A program made the position numbers and the translations under genes. 64,000 bases of DNA from Escherichia phage EI-SP-GF. Under the pieces are notes generated by a model that was given only the letters and a program-made list of their open reading frames with translations, was not told the DNA's origin and did no database searches. The stretch lies in the sequence record OR992645.1. The stretch is one strand, 5' to 3'. The first letter of the stretch is position 1. Each line of letters starts with the position of its first letter. Positions 1 through 9,732 of the stretch are shown here, piece after piece.

Positions 1-630
1 TTTGACGATGGTCAGCTTAATATTACTGGCTATAACAAGTTCGGGGAGTGTCGCACTGGGGATCGTAACCCTATAAACTACCCGAGCGAGACGGCCTGGA
101 ATGTTGATCATGTGTGGAGAGCAGACCGTGCGTTTGTGATCCGGACTTTTGATAACCAGTTTTTCTACATCGGCTGCACTGCAGGTCTTATCGGATCCAC
201 TGCGGCAGGTGGTAACGATGTTTGCGTAAACGAGTGGACACCTCTTCCGGAACAGATTGTTAAAGGATTGCACCTTGACACCCACCCAGAGCGCCTTATT
301 GAGGTAATGGGAGGTATTAACAACACTGTCTGGGTTATTGCAGAGGCAGAAGGTACTGGCATACTGAACCTGTATGGGTCTGGTAACAACACCTACGGAT
401 CTTTACATGTAGATAAAAACCAGCATGCAACTCCTGTAAAGATTGGTGAAACATCAGAAAATCCTGAAACAGGCCCTTGGAAAAACCCAAGTATCAACTG
501 CGAGGTGCATGACAACTCTGTTATTTTCGGTGGGCCTAGAGGTTTTTGGATTGCTGGATACGACTTTCTGAGAAACAACAGTAGAAACGACCTTGTTTGG
601 CCCCTGCTCAGATTACTCGCAACGATTTGA
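1..630 (+). CDS. Structural (tail-fibre-like) protein, C-terminal fragment; 5' end outside window
   Basis: Frame 1 is open from base 1 to stop at 628-630; Gly/Asn/Thr-rich fibre-like composition; may be fused to next ORF by frameshift. Confidence 0.5.
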   Translation, partial: FDDGQLNITGYNKFGECRTGDRNPINYPSETAWNVDHVWRADRAFVIRTFDNQFFYIGCTAGLIGSTAAGGNDVCVNEWTPLPEQIVKGLHLDTHPERLIEVMGGINNTVWVIAEAEGTGILNLYGSGNNTYGSLHVDKNQHATPVKIGETSENPETGPWKNPSINCEVHDNSVIFGGPRGFWIAGYDFLRNNSRNDLVWPLLRLLATI

Positions 631-3600
631 AAGGCATTCCTGCAGATGAGGAGTGGAAAGGATTCATGTGTGGTCCGAACGGGGCGATAATTGCAACGCA
701 GAGGATGCACAAGCCTAATGATCAGCAACTTGTTAACGTATTCTACGGGCAAGATGTCTGGGGAGATGATACATGGCGTTCCTTAAATATTACCTACACC
801 CATGAAGTAATAATGGCTCGTGGGTACGGAACAAGTGGCATTTTCTTCAATAATGGTACTAAGCAGTATCGCGGATTCTCTCGCAACCTGTGCAACGATA
901 TTGGAGCACAATCTGCAAACAATAATCCTCGCGCCAATTTTATCCATTATCAAGCTCTTGCTACAGCCAAGTATGTTGAGCAACGACTGCCAGTTAGCTG
1001 GACAGAGAGTGTTTACTTCCAGGGTATTCATAGAGAAGGTTTTTTAGGGACCTTTACCGTTGTTAATGGCAAACTTTGGTGGTCAGGCATCCCAAGGGGA
1101 AGTTTTGCAGGATCTAATAACCTGTTTGGCGGCAGACTTAACAGCCAGGGGTTCACAGAGGTTCCTGAGAATTGGTATAAAAATGTCCCAGTAGATAGTT
1201 GGGATATTGATGATATTTTTGACGTTAACGGTGTTAGCAGTGTTAGCAATATTTACATCGGTGACACGGTCAAGATGAAATTGAAGCCTCAACCAGAGGG
1301 GGCCACGTTCATTATTGACAAGATTGAACTGGTAAATGCTGCAGGCACGGTTGTTACAGATGCAAATTACCAATTCTCCACCAACTGGAACCACGGCGGG
1401 GCCAACGAGGTTGTTGTTACTCAGTATAACAGAAATGTTAACAGACGCGGTCTGTACTCTGTAAAAATAACCTATCATGACAAGCATGGCACGGGCAGAA
1501 CTCACACAACAAGGACTTTGAACTGGAACACTATAGTTCCTGCGTATCCGTCTGATGGTAAATGGCACACTGTAGGCAGAAACAAACAGTTCCATGTTAA
1601 CGATACTGTGTACTTTGGGCTTAACGCTGCTCAGCCAGCTCCAGAAAGCGATACAGCGTATATGGTTCGGCTGCACAGGCAAGATGCTGGGTCTGTTACC
1701 TACGATGTGACCCAAGAGATCTACAATCAGAGACGCTCCACGTATGACAATATTGTGAAAACACAAGCCTTGTGGGAGTTCAACCCTAACGGCAAAGGTG
1801 GTAAAATGTTGCAGGTTAACGAGCAAAACGGAACATCGTTAACTGTCCACGAACACCCAGACCCTTGGCCTGACCCTGGTAAACCTAACTCAGGTGCTCG
1901 CACACTGCAAGTTGTCAGTCATGATGTAGGCTATTTTGGGATACGTTGGGAGGCCACAGTAAAATATGCCGATGGGACAACAAACAACATAGGGATTACG
2001 CTTGGTGGCACTAGTGAGAGTAACTCGCTGAAAATTGCCTACACTCCTAGAGGTATCTCTATTGACAACATGGATATAGTCCGTAACGGTTACGGAGATG
2101 TAAACATCAAAGTTACTCTTGGTGAGCATCTTGGCGGAGAAAGGATCATTATGTATGCCTTTGATCATGACCCTCGAACCAACGGAACTTATGCAAATCA
2201 GGCCTGGAGTTACCTGATAAGTGCACCTGAGCCGAATACTAAAGAATTCTACTACGGTATGAAGCGAGATGTGTGCAAGAAAACAGGAACACACGACTGG
2301 ATTGCTATCTGTGTTAAAGATGAGAGAACAGCTTGGGATGAGCCTGTTAACCGCTGGTTCATAGGTATTCCCACCAGAAGTGATAAATACGTTGAAGAAT
2401 ATATTGTATGTATGGGCGGCACCAACCTCAACATGTGTTGGAACGAGGACGCAAACAAATATTCTGATTATGACTATATGAGGGACTACTCTTGTAATCA
2501 ATGGTTCAACCAATCCGGGTATGCTAATAGACAGTCAAGGGTAAACCCTGCAATCTTCACAGATACGCAGGTTTTCTTGACAAAACAGGCCAACGAGGTT
2601 CAGACCTTCAAGAACAACTATGATCCTAACAAGTGGTTCTACAACTGTTCCGGAGCAATATTCTGGGGGCCTGGTGAACTGCCTGATAGTGGTTCTTGCT
2701 TCGAGGCTGCAACCTATGGCAGTGACTATATTATGGGGCAGGTCAAGAAGTACAAGATGATTCCAGGACCTGAAACTTTAGGTAATGCTGTTGACCCGTA
2801 CATAAATTTCGCAGCTATACATGCTAATATGGATGGAGAGAGATATCCGTTTGTTGTTCCGTTAACTTGGGGGTACAAACGTGTCGTGATGATTATTAAA
2901 TGCGATCTGATCGGGAAGCAAGTTCTTGCAGAAAATGGAACATCCACACACCCTTTTGAAGTTGCTCTGCACTACCAGTTTGCAGACTCACCATATGCAG
3001 GGGATAAAAGAATATCCGACACAGACTCTAAGCGCTGTAAGAAAGTTTTACTTGGAGCCGGGTGGTGGTGGTACGAGTTTGATTTGACAGATAAGTTCAC
3101 AGATGATACCAAAACTCTCACAGGTATCCGTCTGGACCTTGGTGAGAACATGCATAAAAGTGTTTGTGATGGTACCTACGGTGACCCTACGGTATATCTA
3201 AAGTATGTTTCTCTTGAGCATCGCGAAGAGGATGTTTACGGTCCAAAACTGAGATTGTTTGGCGCATGGATTGCCAAAGACAGAGTAGGTATGGGTAAGA
3301 AGGTGAGAGGCTTCTTGATAGATGTAGGGACAGAGGACATGCTGGTTAATGCAGTATGGCCTGAATTACCCGGAACTCAGTGGAACAACTCTGCCAAATC
3401 TATAAACTGGTACAATATTCACAGAGCTATGTGGACCACTAACTGCTACTTGTGGAGAGAGCTTAACGATCAGGCCTTTGGCTTTAGTAACGGCAGAAGG
3501 ATGGCGATCATTTGCTGGACAACATTGCAAAGATGTTATGACCATGACTATGAGATTGGTGGTAGGGCATGGAAAGATATCAGGGACAGAGTTATATACA

Positions 3601-5477
3601 ATTTTGCAGACGATAATGGTGGCGGGGCATATAACTTTGGCACAAGCCGACTTATCCATTTGAACGGATCCTCAGCCTACAAGAAAGAGGGTTACTCTGG
3701 GTCTATGATTGAGTGGGGTCTGGTGAAAGATGCTCGCGTATTGATGGGTCAACAACTTGCTGCTGCAATAGGACCTAGCGCAGTGCAGTCGGTTAAACCA
3801 GCGTGGTTCGATATCCCAATATGGTCATCTGGAACACCAGGAACTGCGGCAATTAACCCTACCACCGGAGATTTGGAAATCTCTTGGGAGGACTTAAAGC
3901 AGGTCGGTGGCTGGGATAAGACTGGGTACCAGGTGCAATGGTGGAGATCTGACGGATCGTTAGCGGCTGATGAGTTTGTTAAGGACAATTTCTACACCAT
4001 GTCCTCTGCAAAAGCACAACAATTGTTTGGTCAGGCCACCCCGTCAACGATCACTATGTCCATGTGCTGTAAAGACAACAGGACGGGAGCTCTGGGACCA
4101 AGGGTTGCTAAAGTTTTCTCAGGTATTAAATGGAATCTCCCTGTTCAAAGTGTTTCATGGAAGCAAATAGGTGATAACAAGCTGCTGGTTACTCCTGCCT
4201 GTCAGTTCAACGCAACTCTTAACGTTGATCCTGCTGTTGCGGCAAACTCAGCTAAAGCTTCTGACTTCTCTGTGTCTAACACTGCTATGGCAGATGTGAG
4301 GAAGATTGACACACTGAACGCCAGAATTACCTGTAAAAACACTTATGGCACATTCCAGATCATCAACAACTTCACAGATGCTGATTCTAAGGTAGTAAGG
4401 ACAGCAAGCCAGACTATGCAGTTGGGCACTCTGGCATACTCTGCCCTGATCACTGAACAATCTCCTACTCTTCAGGGTGGGGGTGTTGGTAAGTTGATCA
4501 CAACACCTGTGTGGAAGCCAAATGAGTGGGTTGTGTTTGATTTGACTGTAGACTTCTCCAGTGACAATAACTGGACATGGGTAAGGAATTGCTTGCCACA
4601 GTTGATGGGCGGTCCAAATTCCGTTAGTGATAGCCACGACTCTACCGATCCGAGCGTGTTCCAGGTGGGGAAAACTCACCCAGAGACTGGGGAAACGTTG
4701 CCTGACAGGAAGTATGCTTTAGTTTGCATCTCCAACGGCAAGGCAGATATAACCTTCTCGGGGATACACTCGTATAACGGCACTTACAACTTCTCTAAAA
4801 AGTACAGCCTCAAGGCAGGTAACATTATAGACGAAGTTGGTCCGTTATATAACCCAGGTAACGGTATTGGGATTGTAACTGGTATTCTTCCTATGCAGGA
4901 GCCTTCTATAACCCCAGCCAACGTGCCTGGTATCAGAAAAACTTGGGAAAGTAGCAATACCAATATTGCAACAGTGGATGCTACCACAGGACTGGTAACA
5001 TTTAAGGCTACCGGGAATGTCACCATAAGGTTTGTAGTTACAGATGATGCAGGCCGCAAAACGTCTTCAACATCGTTTACTGTCAAACAGATGGCACCTC
5101 AGTGGTTTATTTGGGAAGGAAATCCTCTTGACGGGGCTTACCCTAGACCTGCAGGAACGTCTAATATGAGGGTCTTTACCGGTCCAGTCATGGACAATCC
5201 AACCACAACCACCAACCCTGCATTTTTTGGTGCTTACATACCTGAAATTATTGGCCTACCAAGGAACCAAATACAATTGCTTTTCGGGGCAGGCGTTGAT
5301 GGTCTAGCCACTTTCGGGTACAGTGACAACATTGATGCAGCCAGAAGCTCGGGTTGGATTGGATTTAAGTTCCAGTGGAACCCTGGTGGTAGAACATTAG
5401 GTCTTGCAAGTGTAGGTGTTATGCTGCCTGGCAACCAGCAATACCATCTCGAAGCTTATACAAACTTCCCTAGTTAA
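597..5477 (+). CDS. Large tail fibre / host-recognition structural protein (about 1600 aa) with C-terminal Big_2-like Ig domain
   Basis: 4.9 kb ORF; Ig-like segment ...TWESSNTNIATVDATTGLVTFKATGNVTIRFVVTDDAGR...; start uncertain (frame open from 585, TTG 597, first ATG 666); followed by strong terminator. Confidence 0.75.
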   Translation: MAPAQITRNDLKGIPADEEWKGFMCGPNGAIIATQRMHKPNDQQLVNVFYGQDVWGDDTWRSLNITYTHEVIMARGYGTSGIFFNNGTKQYRGFSRNLCNDIGAQSANNNPRANFIHYQALATAKYVEQRLPVSWTESVYFQGIHREGFLGTFTVVNGKLWWSGIPRGSFAGSNNLFGGRLNSQGFTEVPENWYKNVPVDSWDIDDIFDVNGVSSVSNIYIGDTVKMKLKPQPEGATFIIDKIELVNAAGTVVTDANYQFSTNWNHGGANEVVVTQYNRNVNRRGLYSVKITYHDKHGTGRTHTTRTLNWNTIVPAYPSDGKWHTVGRNKQFHVNDTVYFGLNAAQPAPESDTAYMVRLHRQDAGSVTYDVTQEIYNQRRSTYDNIVKTQALWEFNPNGKGGKMLQVNEQNGTSLTVHEHPDPWPDPGKPNSGARTLQVVSHDVGYFGIRWEATVKYADGTTNNIGITLGGTSESNSLKIAYTPRGISIDNMDIVRNGYGDVNIKVTLGEHLGGERIIMYAFDHDPRTNGTYANQAWSYLISAPEPNTKEFYYGMKRDVCKKTGTHDWIAICVKDERTAWDEPVNRWFIGIPTRSDKYVEEYIVCMGGTNLNMCWNEDANKYSDYDYMRDYSCNQWFNQSGYANRQSRVNPAIFTDTQVFLTKQANEVQTFKNNYDPNKWFYNCSGAIFWGPGELPDSGSCFEAATYGSDYIMGQVKKYKMIPGPETLGNAVDPYINFAAIHANMDGERYPFVVPLTWGYKRVVMIIKCDLIGKQVLAENGTSTHPFEVALHYQFADSPYAGDKRISDTDSKRCKKVLLGAGWWWYEFDLTDKFTDDTKTLTGIRLDLGENMHKSVCDGTYGDPTVYLKYVSLEHREEDVYGPKLRLFGAWIAKDRVGMGKKVRGFLIDVGTEDMLVNAVWPELPGTQWNNSAKSINWYNIHRAMWTTNCYLWRELNDQAFGFSNGRRMAIICWTTLQRCYDHDYEIGGRAWKDIRDRVIYNFADDNGGGAYNFGTSRLIHLNGSSAYKKEGYSGSMIEWGLVKDARVLMGQQLAAAIGPSAVQSVKPAWFDIPIWSSGTPGTAAINPTTGDLEISWEDLKQVGGWDKTGYQVQWWRSDGSLAADEFVKDNFYTMSSAKAQQLFGQATPSTITMSMCCKDNRTGALGPRVAKVFSGIKWNLPVQSVSWKQIGDNKLLVTPACQFNATLNVDPAVAANSAKASDFSVSNTAMADVRKIDTLNARITCKNTYGTFQIINNFTDADSKVVRTASQTMQLGTLAYSALITEQSPTLQGGGVGKLITTPVWKPNEWVVFDLTVDFSSDNNWTWVRNCLPQLMGGPNSVSDSHDSTDPSVFQVGKTHPETGETLPDRKYALVCISNGKADITFSGIHSYNGTYNFSKKYSLKAGNIIDEVGPLYNPGNGIGIVTGILPMQEPSITPANVPGIRKTWESSNTNIATVDATTGLVTFKATGNVTIRFVVTDDAGRKTSSTSFTVKQMAPQWFIWEGNPLDGAYPRPAGTSNMRVFTGPVMDNPTTTTNPAFFGAYIPEIIGLPRNQIQLLFGAGVDGLATFGYSDNIDAARSSGWIGFKFQWNPGGRTLGLASVGVMLPGNQQYHLEAYTNFPS

Positions 5478-5490
5478 CAGGAGACAAATA

Positions 5491-5519
5491 AAAAGGGGCC
5501 AAACGGCCCCTTTCTTTTT
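5491..5519. terminator. Rho-independent terminator, bidirectional
   Basis: GGGGCC-aaac-GGCCCC hairpin flanked by A-run 5' and TTTCTTTTT 3'; lies between convergent genes. Confidence 0.8.
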
Positions 5520-5523
5520 ATAG

Positions 5524-5724
5524 TTAGTAATACTCCCAACATGCCCCATCTTCAGACGGCTTGACTCGCTTACCCTTGTGGTCCACATAAGTGTAACCGC
5601 AACCTTCGCAGATAACAGGTGCCGCATAACCTTCCTTCCACTGATCTTCTGTGATCAGTCCTTCCAGATCTCTGCAGTCAAAACCAAACAACTCTTCAGA
5701 ACAATTTTTGCAAAAATCAGCCAT
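5524..5724 (-). CDS. Small zinc-ribbon protein
   Basis: 66 aa, CxxC...CxxC (FCKNCSEE...ICEGCGY). Confidence 0.6.
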   Translation of the reverse strand: MADFCKNCSEELFGFDCRDLEGLITEDQWKEGYAAPVICEGCGYTYVDHKGKRVKPSEDGACWEYY

Positions 5725-5727
5725 TTC

Positions 5728-6210
5728 TCAGTCCTCGCATTTAACAAATTTTTCTACAGATCCACCAAGCACAGCTTGTTGTTTGATGGCACTTTCTTCA
5801 TCATAGTGGATAGACTTATGTTCCGTACCTCCGAACTTACCTGTGTGGAAGGTGTGCACCCAAATCTCTTTGGGAAGGGATTTATTCTCTTCTTCCACCA
5901 ATTCCCACATACCCCACAAGTGATCTGTGATATCTTTGATGAAATATCCCTCGCCGAGGTTTGTATTCACACTATAGGCCGATTCGTGATCTCCGTGAAT
6001 ATAACGGAAGGCAGTATACTCTTTCCCTGGCGTGAAGTGGGTATCCATCAGTATAGCTGTTAGAGAATTAGGGTCTCGAAAGCCCAAGAACTTTAGTTTA
6101 ACAATTTCGACGTTCACACTTGCAAGATTATCCATGACAATCTCCTCTGCTTGGTTGATGAGATAATCATATATAAATCTGGTGTTGATGTCAAGCTTAA
6201 TTTTAAGCAA
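5728..6210 (-). CDS. Hypothetical protein (possible phosphoesterase-like, IHGDHES motif)
   Basis: 160 aa ORF tightly packed with neighbours; motif resemblance only. Confidence 0.55.
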   Translation of the reverse strand: MLKIKLDINTRFIYDYLINQAEEIVMDNLASVNVEIVKLKFLGFRDPNSLTAILMDTHFTPGKEYTAFRYIHGDHESAYSVNTNLGEGYFIKDITDHLWGMWELVEEENKSLPKEIWVHTFHTGKFGGTEHKSIHYDEESAIKQQAVLGGSVEKFVKCED

Positions 6211-6298
6211 TTTGAGAGGGTATTTTATTTAGAGAGGTAATCACACAGAGGTAGGCAGTTTATGAAGGCACAGGCCTCGTTTGAGGCCTTAAAACAGA

Positions 6299-6679
6299 TT
6301 ATGACGATTTGACGTAGCGCTCTGACAAAGCTGGGAAGCCAAAAGCAGCACCTACACTACCGTACGCTATCCACCATTGAAGTTCATCGTGACACCATTT
6401 TCCGATCAGAAAGGTGCTGGGGTAGCGAGTCAGTATTTTGGCATAAGCTTTAGGGTCTGCATCCTCTGGGATAATGATGCTTGGAACATCTTTGTTATGA
6501 CCACAGCAGCAGTTTAGAGTTTTCAATCCTGCCGCCCATAGACTCATGATAGGTTTAGCCATGCACTTATCAAGGCACACACGTTTTTTGCCGTCACGGA
6601 GCTTTTTAGGCACATCAACGATAACATTTGGATGCTTGGCACCTTTCACTTTCCAATTATAAGATTTACACTTGCACAT
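6299..6679 (-). CDS. Cys-rich hypothetical protein
   Basis: 126 aa ORF; CKCK...CCCGHN cysteine cluster. Confidence 0.55.
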   Translation of the reverse strand: MCKCKSYNWKVKGAKHPNVIVDVPKKLRDGKKRVCLDKCMAKPIMSLWAAGLKTLNCCCGHNKDVPSIIIPEDADPKAYAKILTRYPSTFLIGKWCHDELQWWIAYGSVGAAFGFPALSERYVKSS

Positions 6680-6710
6680 TTAGTCAGTCTCCATCTAGAA
6701 AGCCATACTT

Positions 6711-6880
6711 TACTTAAAGTCTTTGTCACCTATTACGATTGCACGAATCCACTCATTGTGATGCTCAATGGATGTAAGGTGTAACATAATGCAGTGATTG
6801 TCATTACCGAACACGGCTCGATAAGCCTTAGCAGCACCATGATATAACTTCCACATCACGTAATGGTATCTTCGTTTCAT
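6711..6880 (-). CDS. Small hypothetical protein (56 aa)
   Basis: ATG at 6880 immediately abutting stop of upstream gene; not in ORF track (below 60 aa). Confidence 0.3.
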
Positions 6881-7356
6881 GGTTCTTTCTCCGGTTCAGG
6901 ATCTGGGTAATCTTCAATAATAAAGGGCCATCCGTTACGCTTAGCGTCAGACTTATACTCAATCTCCTTCATTGCAAACTCTAACTGATTCTTAGCCGGA
7001 ATGCAAGCTGGAGAGTCATCAACCCAGATGTCTGGGTAGATATCAAACTGCGCCAGATAAGCGGCCTTCTGAACGCCTCCAGTATAAAACACTCCAACAT
7101 CGAGCTCCTTGCGCCAGTATTCGATGTCCACGTTGTCTTGAGTGATGAATCGGGAAGTCACAAGATAGACTGTCCACCCTTCCTTCTTCAGGTCCTTAAT
7201 AAGGCGGGAGAAGATGAAAGGGCTCGCATTAAACGTTCCATCAAAGTCAATAGCAATGATGTGTGTGCCGTGACGAGTCTCATATGGATTACTCGTGGTG
7301 AGATTGCTGTAGTTAAAAGGTACTTCTTCTCCGCAGTAGCTGTAGTCCATATTCAC
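6877..7356 (-). CDS. HAD-superfamily phosphatase (nucleotidase-like)
   Basis: Motif I IAIDFDGT (DxDGT) near N-terminus, later VDDSP; 159 aa. Confidence 0.7.
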   Translation of the reverse strand: MNMDYSYCGEEVPFNYSNLTTSNPYETRHGTHIIAIDFDGTFNASPFIFSRLIKDLKKEGWTVYLVTSRFITQDNVDIEYWRKELDVGVFYTGGVQKAAYLAQFDIYPDIWVDDSPACIPAKNQLEFAMKEIEYKSDAKRNGWPFIIEDYPDPEPEKEP

Positions 7357-7628
7357 ACCTTCTCGTTGATAAATTTACGGGCGGTTTGGTGAGTTGTTTC
7401 TGCTGTCTTCAGAATGATATTAATTTTATTGTCAAGATCATTCATCTCAGCAGTTAATTCAGGAATCTCTCCAGCATGCATGGTGAAATCATACATAGAC
7501 ATACCCAGGATCTCATTGATGCGGCGGTTGCATTCTGCAGCACGCTGGTTCATTTTCCAAGCTAACACCAAAGCCTCCTGCGTAGCCTCCAGTGCAAAGT
7601 CTAATACGTCAGCTTCTTCTTTCGTCAT
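7353..7628 (-). CDS. Hypothetical protein
   Basis: 91 aa ORF, 4 nt overlap with downstream gene. Confidence 0.55.
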   Translation of the reverse strand: MTKEEADVLDFALEATQEALVLAWKMNQRAAECNRRINEILGMSMYDFTMHAGEIPELTAEMNDLDNKINIILKTAETTHQTARKFINEKV

Positions 7629-7684
7629 CTCAGTCTCTCTTGTTGTATTGTTGATAGGTGTATGAATGCTTTATAACTCACCTT

Positions 7685-8251
7685 TTATTCAAACTGCAAT
7701 AGCAAATCCACTACCGCGCTAGGTCTGTCAACAAATTCCCCAGGCCCACATGCCCACAGAGGGTATCCGTCTACATACCGCCAAATCCAACCTGCAGTGT
7801 GGAGTTCTAGCAGGGCAGTACCGTCTTTACTGTCAACCACTCTTTCCCACAGTGTTGGGCAGCGAAGCTTGAGGATCGGATCCCCTCCCTTATACCCATC
7901 CATGTAGATACCCATCGCAAAGTTTAACATCATCTTTTTGTGCACTGACCTCTTACTGAGGGTGCTCATCACTTCCTCTTTGTGAATGTTTGTAAGCTTC
8001 TCCTTGGCTACCCGCAGATCGTTGCAGCCATTGTTCAGAAGATCTTCCAGACACTTGATCCGAAGGTCGTGAATATCTTTGTCGTGCACCGTTGGTACAG
8101 GGTCGTAGCGATAGAGCACCGTTGATACAAGGTTGCTCGGGTGTGGGTCTGACAGCAACCCATAACCCCAATACTCCTCTGTATCTGAAAGGACAAGACA
8201 CCCAATGTCTCTGTCAAGCTTTCCTGTGTTGTAAGCCACATTGACCGCCAT
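7685..8251 (-). CDS. Hypothetical protein
   Basis: 188 aa ORF in co-directional array. Confidence 0.6.
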   Translation of the reverse strand: MAVNVAYNTGKLDRDIGCLVLSDTEEYWGYGLLSDPHPSNLVSTVLYRYDPVPTVHDKDIHDLRIKCLEDLLNNGCNDLRVAKEKLTNIHKEEVMSTLSKRSVHKKMMLNFAMGIYMDGYKGGDPILKLRCPTLWERVVDSKDGTALLELHTAGWIWRYVDGYPLWACGPGEFVDRPSAVVDLLLQFE

Positions 8252-8253
8252 GA

Positions 8254-8499
8254 TTATAGCTCCACTAGCAAAGTGCTCTCAAAATGCCTCTCATGCAGAC
8301 CGTTATAAGGAACCACTTCCACAACACCGTCGCGGATGTATGGAGCCATCATGGTGACATAATCACCGAACGGGTTGACATTATCACTAACCACGACCAC
8401 ATGCTGGCCCTCCTTGGCAGAGTGCCAGATAGATCTGCACTTCATCATGTGTTCGAGAGCGCCAGGTAAAATCTTGTTACGTTCTTTACGGGTCTTCAT
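8254..8499 (-). CDS. Hypothetical protein
   Basis: 81 aa ORF, tight spacing. Confidence 0.5.
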   Translation of the reverse strand: MKTRKERNKILPGALEHMMKCRSIWHSAKEGQHVVVVSDNVNPFGDYVTMMAPYIRDGVVEVVPYNGLHERHFESTLLVEL

Positions 8500-8945
8500 A
8501 ACAGATATAGCTCCTTATGAAAGTGGGCTTTCAATTTCTCACCGAGAAACTTCTTGATACCTTCCTCTAAAGTGTTTTCGATGTAGTCCAACTTAACTGC
8601 TTCGATGGACATATCATAGATCGCCAGCTCTAAGCTGTCAAGTCCCATCATAGCATGAACCATAAGATTTTCATCTTCAGATACATTCAGGGGACTTCCT
8701 ATAACATCTGGAGGTAGAATAGTTTCCCAATTATTCTGGGCGGTAGATCTCCCGCCATCCACCTTACGTCTCAGCTCGAATGTATTCTTAGTGTAGAACA
8801 CTTCATAAGAAACGATACGACTGTCACTCTCATAATGGACGAAGTTCAAGTAGGAGCCCAGCCGTAGTCGGCAAACTTCTACCCCAAACCATTGTTTCTT
8901 ATAAGAATTCAGGCTAATGCTGTCGCATTCACGTTTGCTCAACAC
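8496..8945 (-). CDS. Hypothetical protein
   Basis: 149 aa ORF, overlapping stop/start with neighbour. Confidence 0.6.
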   Translation of the reverse strand: MLSKRECDSISLNSYKKQWFGVEVCRLRLGSYLNFVHYESDSRIVSYEVFYTKNTFELRRKVDGGRSTAQNNWETILPPDVIGSPLNVSEDENLMVHAMMGLDSLELAIYDMSIEAVKLDYIENTLEEGIKKFLGEKLKAHFHKELYLL

Positions 8946-8961
8946 GGCTCTCTCCTTCTTG

Positions 8962-9195
8962 TTAATCTTCGTAAATAATGATTTCTGCTTTAGGTTTTCG
9001 TGCTTTCAGGTCCAGCTCTATCCAGTGCACCATCGCTGTTTCAAGAAAAACAGCCTGGATGCATCCGTCTTCAGCGTGCCCTACCAGCATAACAAGATCT
9101 TCACATTCATCATCTGCATCACGGACATACAAGATCTCTCCAGATTCAAAGTCTTTCACAACCTGATTGCTGGATAATTTACGAATTTTTGCCAT
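8962..9195 (-). CDS. Hypothetical acidic protein
   Basis: 77 aa ORF. Confidence 0.5.
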   Translation of the reverse strand: MAKIRKLSSNQVVKDFESGEILYVRDADDECEDLVMLVGHAEDGCIQAVFLETAMVHWIELDLKARKPKAEIIIYED

Positions 9196-9196
9196 A

Positions 9197-9460
9197 TCAG
9201 AAACCCTCTAAAAAGCTCTTGTAGAAAATAATCTCAGTATCCACACCAGTCACGATCTTGTCGTTCCTGATTTCATCTGTAAGATAGGTGTCAAAACGCA
9301 GCACCTGTGTGGTATTGTCACACATCCACTCGGCTGTGACCATGGCAAAAATCTTGGCATCTTCATTATCTGGTGTGAATGTTACCACCTCACCGCATTT
9401 AAACTTTTCGATAGGTTGCGTGTTAGCTTTTGGTTCTGCAATGGTGATTTTTGTAGTCAT
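9197..9460 (-). CDS. Hypothetical protein
   Basis: 87 aa ORF. Confidence 0.5.
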   Translation of the reverse strand: MTTKITIAEPKANTQPIEKFKCGEVVTFTPDNEDAKIFAMVTAEWMCDNTTQVLRFDTYLTDEIRNDKIVTGVDTEIIFYKSFLEGF

Positions 9461-9717
9461 TACTCTTCCTCCATAGTTTCACCAAATACTTCGATACGAG
9501 CGTCAAGCTCTGTTGCTTTCAGCTCCCCGACAAAATCTTTCAGTTCTTTCTCGTCAAGATCGTATGCCCACACACAAGATGAGCATGCAGATTTCACGAT
9601 TAGCAGTGTAGATACACGGCCTGACTCTGTAATCATGCTCACAATGGTTCCTACAGGGAACGTGTTGATAGCTTTTTTAACTGGGCGTTCAGCTTTAATT
9701 ACTACCTCTGTTGCCAT
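9460..9717 (-). CDS. Hypothetical protein
   Basis: ATG at 9717 preceded by AGAGAGGA RBS (track start 9726 lacks RBS). Confidence 0.5.
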   Translation of the reverse strand: MATEVVIKAERPVKKAINTFPVGTIVSMITESGRVSTLLIVKSACSSCVWAYDLDEKELKDFVGELKATELDARIEVFGETMEEE

Positions 9718-9732
9718 AAATACCATCCTCTC

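Noticed and set aside
783-5434. Many antisense or out-of-frame ORFs of 60-250 codons overlapping the large tail-fibre gene (for example 1083-1826 minus, 1890-2513 minus, 4248-4679 minus)
   Set aside because: All lie within a long, continuous sense ORF with protein-like composition; the shadow ORFs have odd composition and no RBS.
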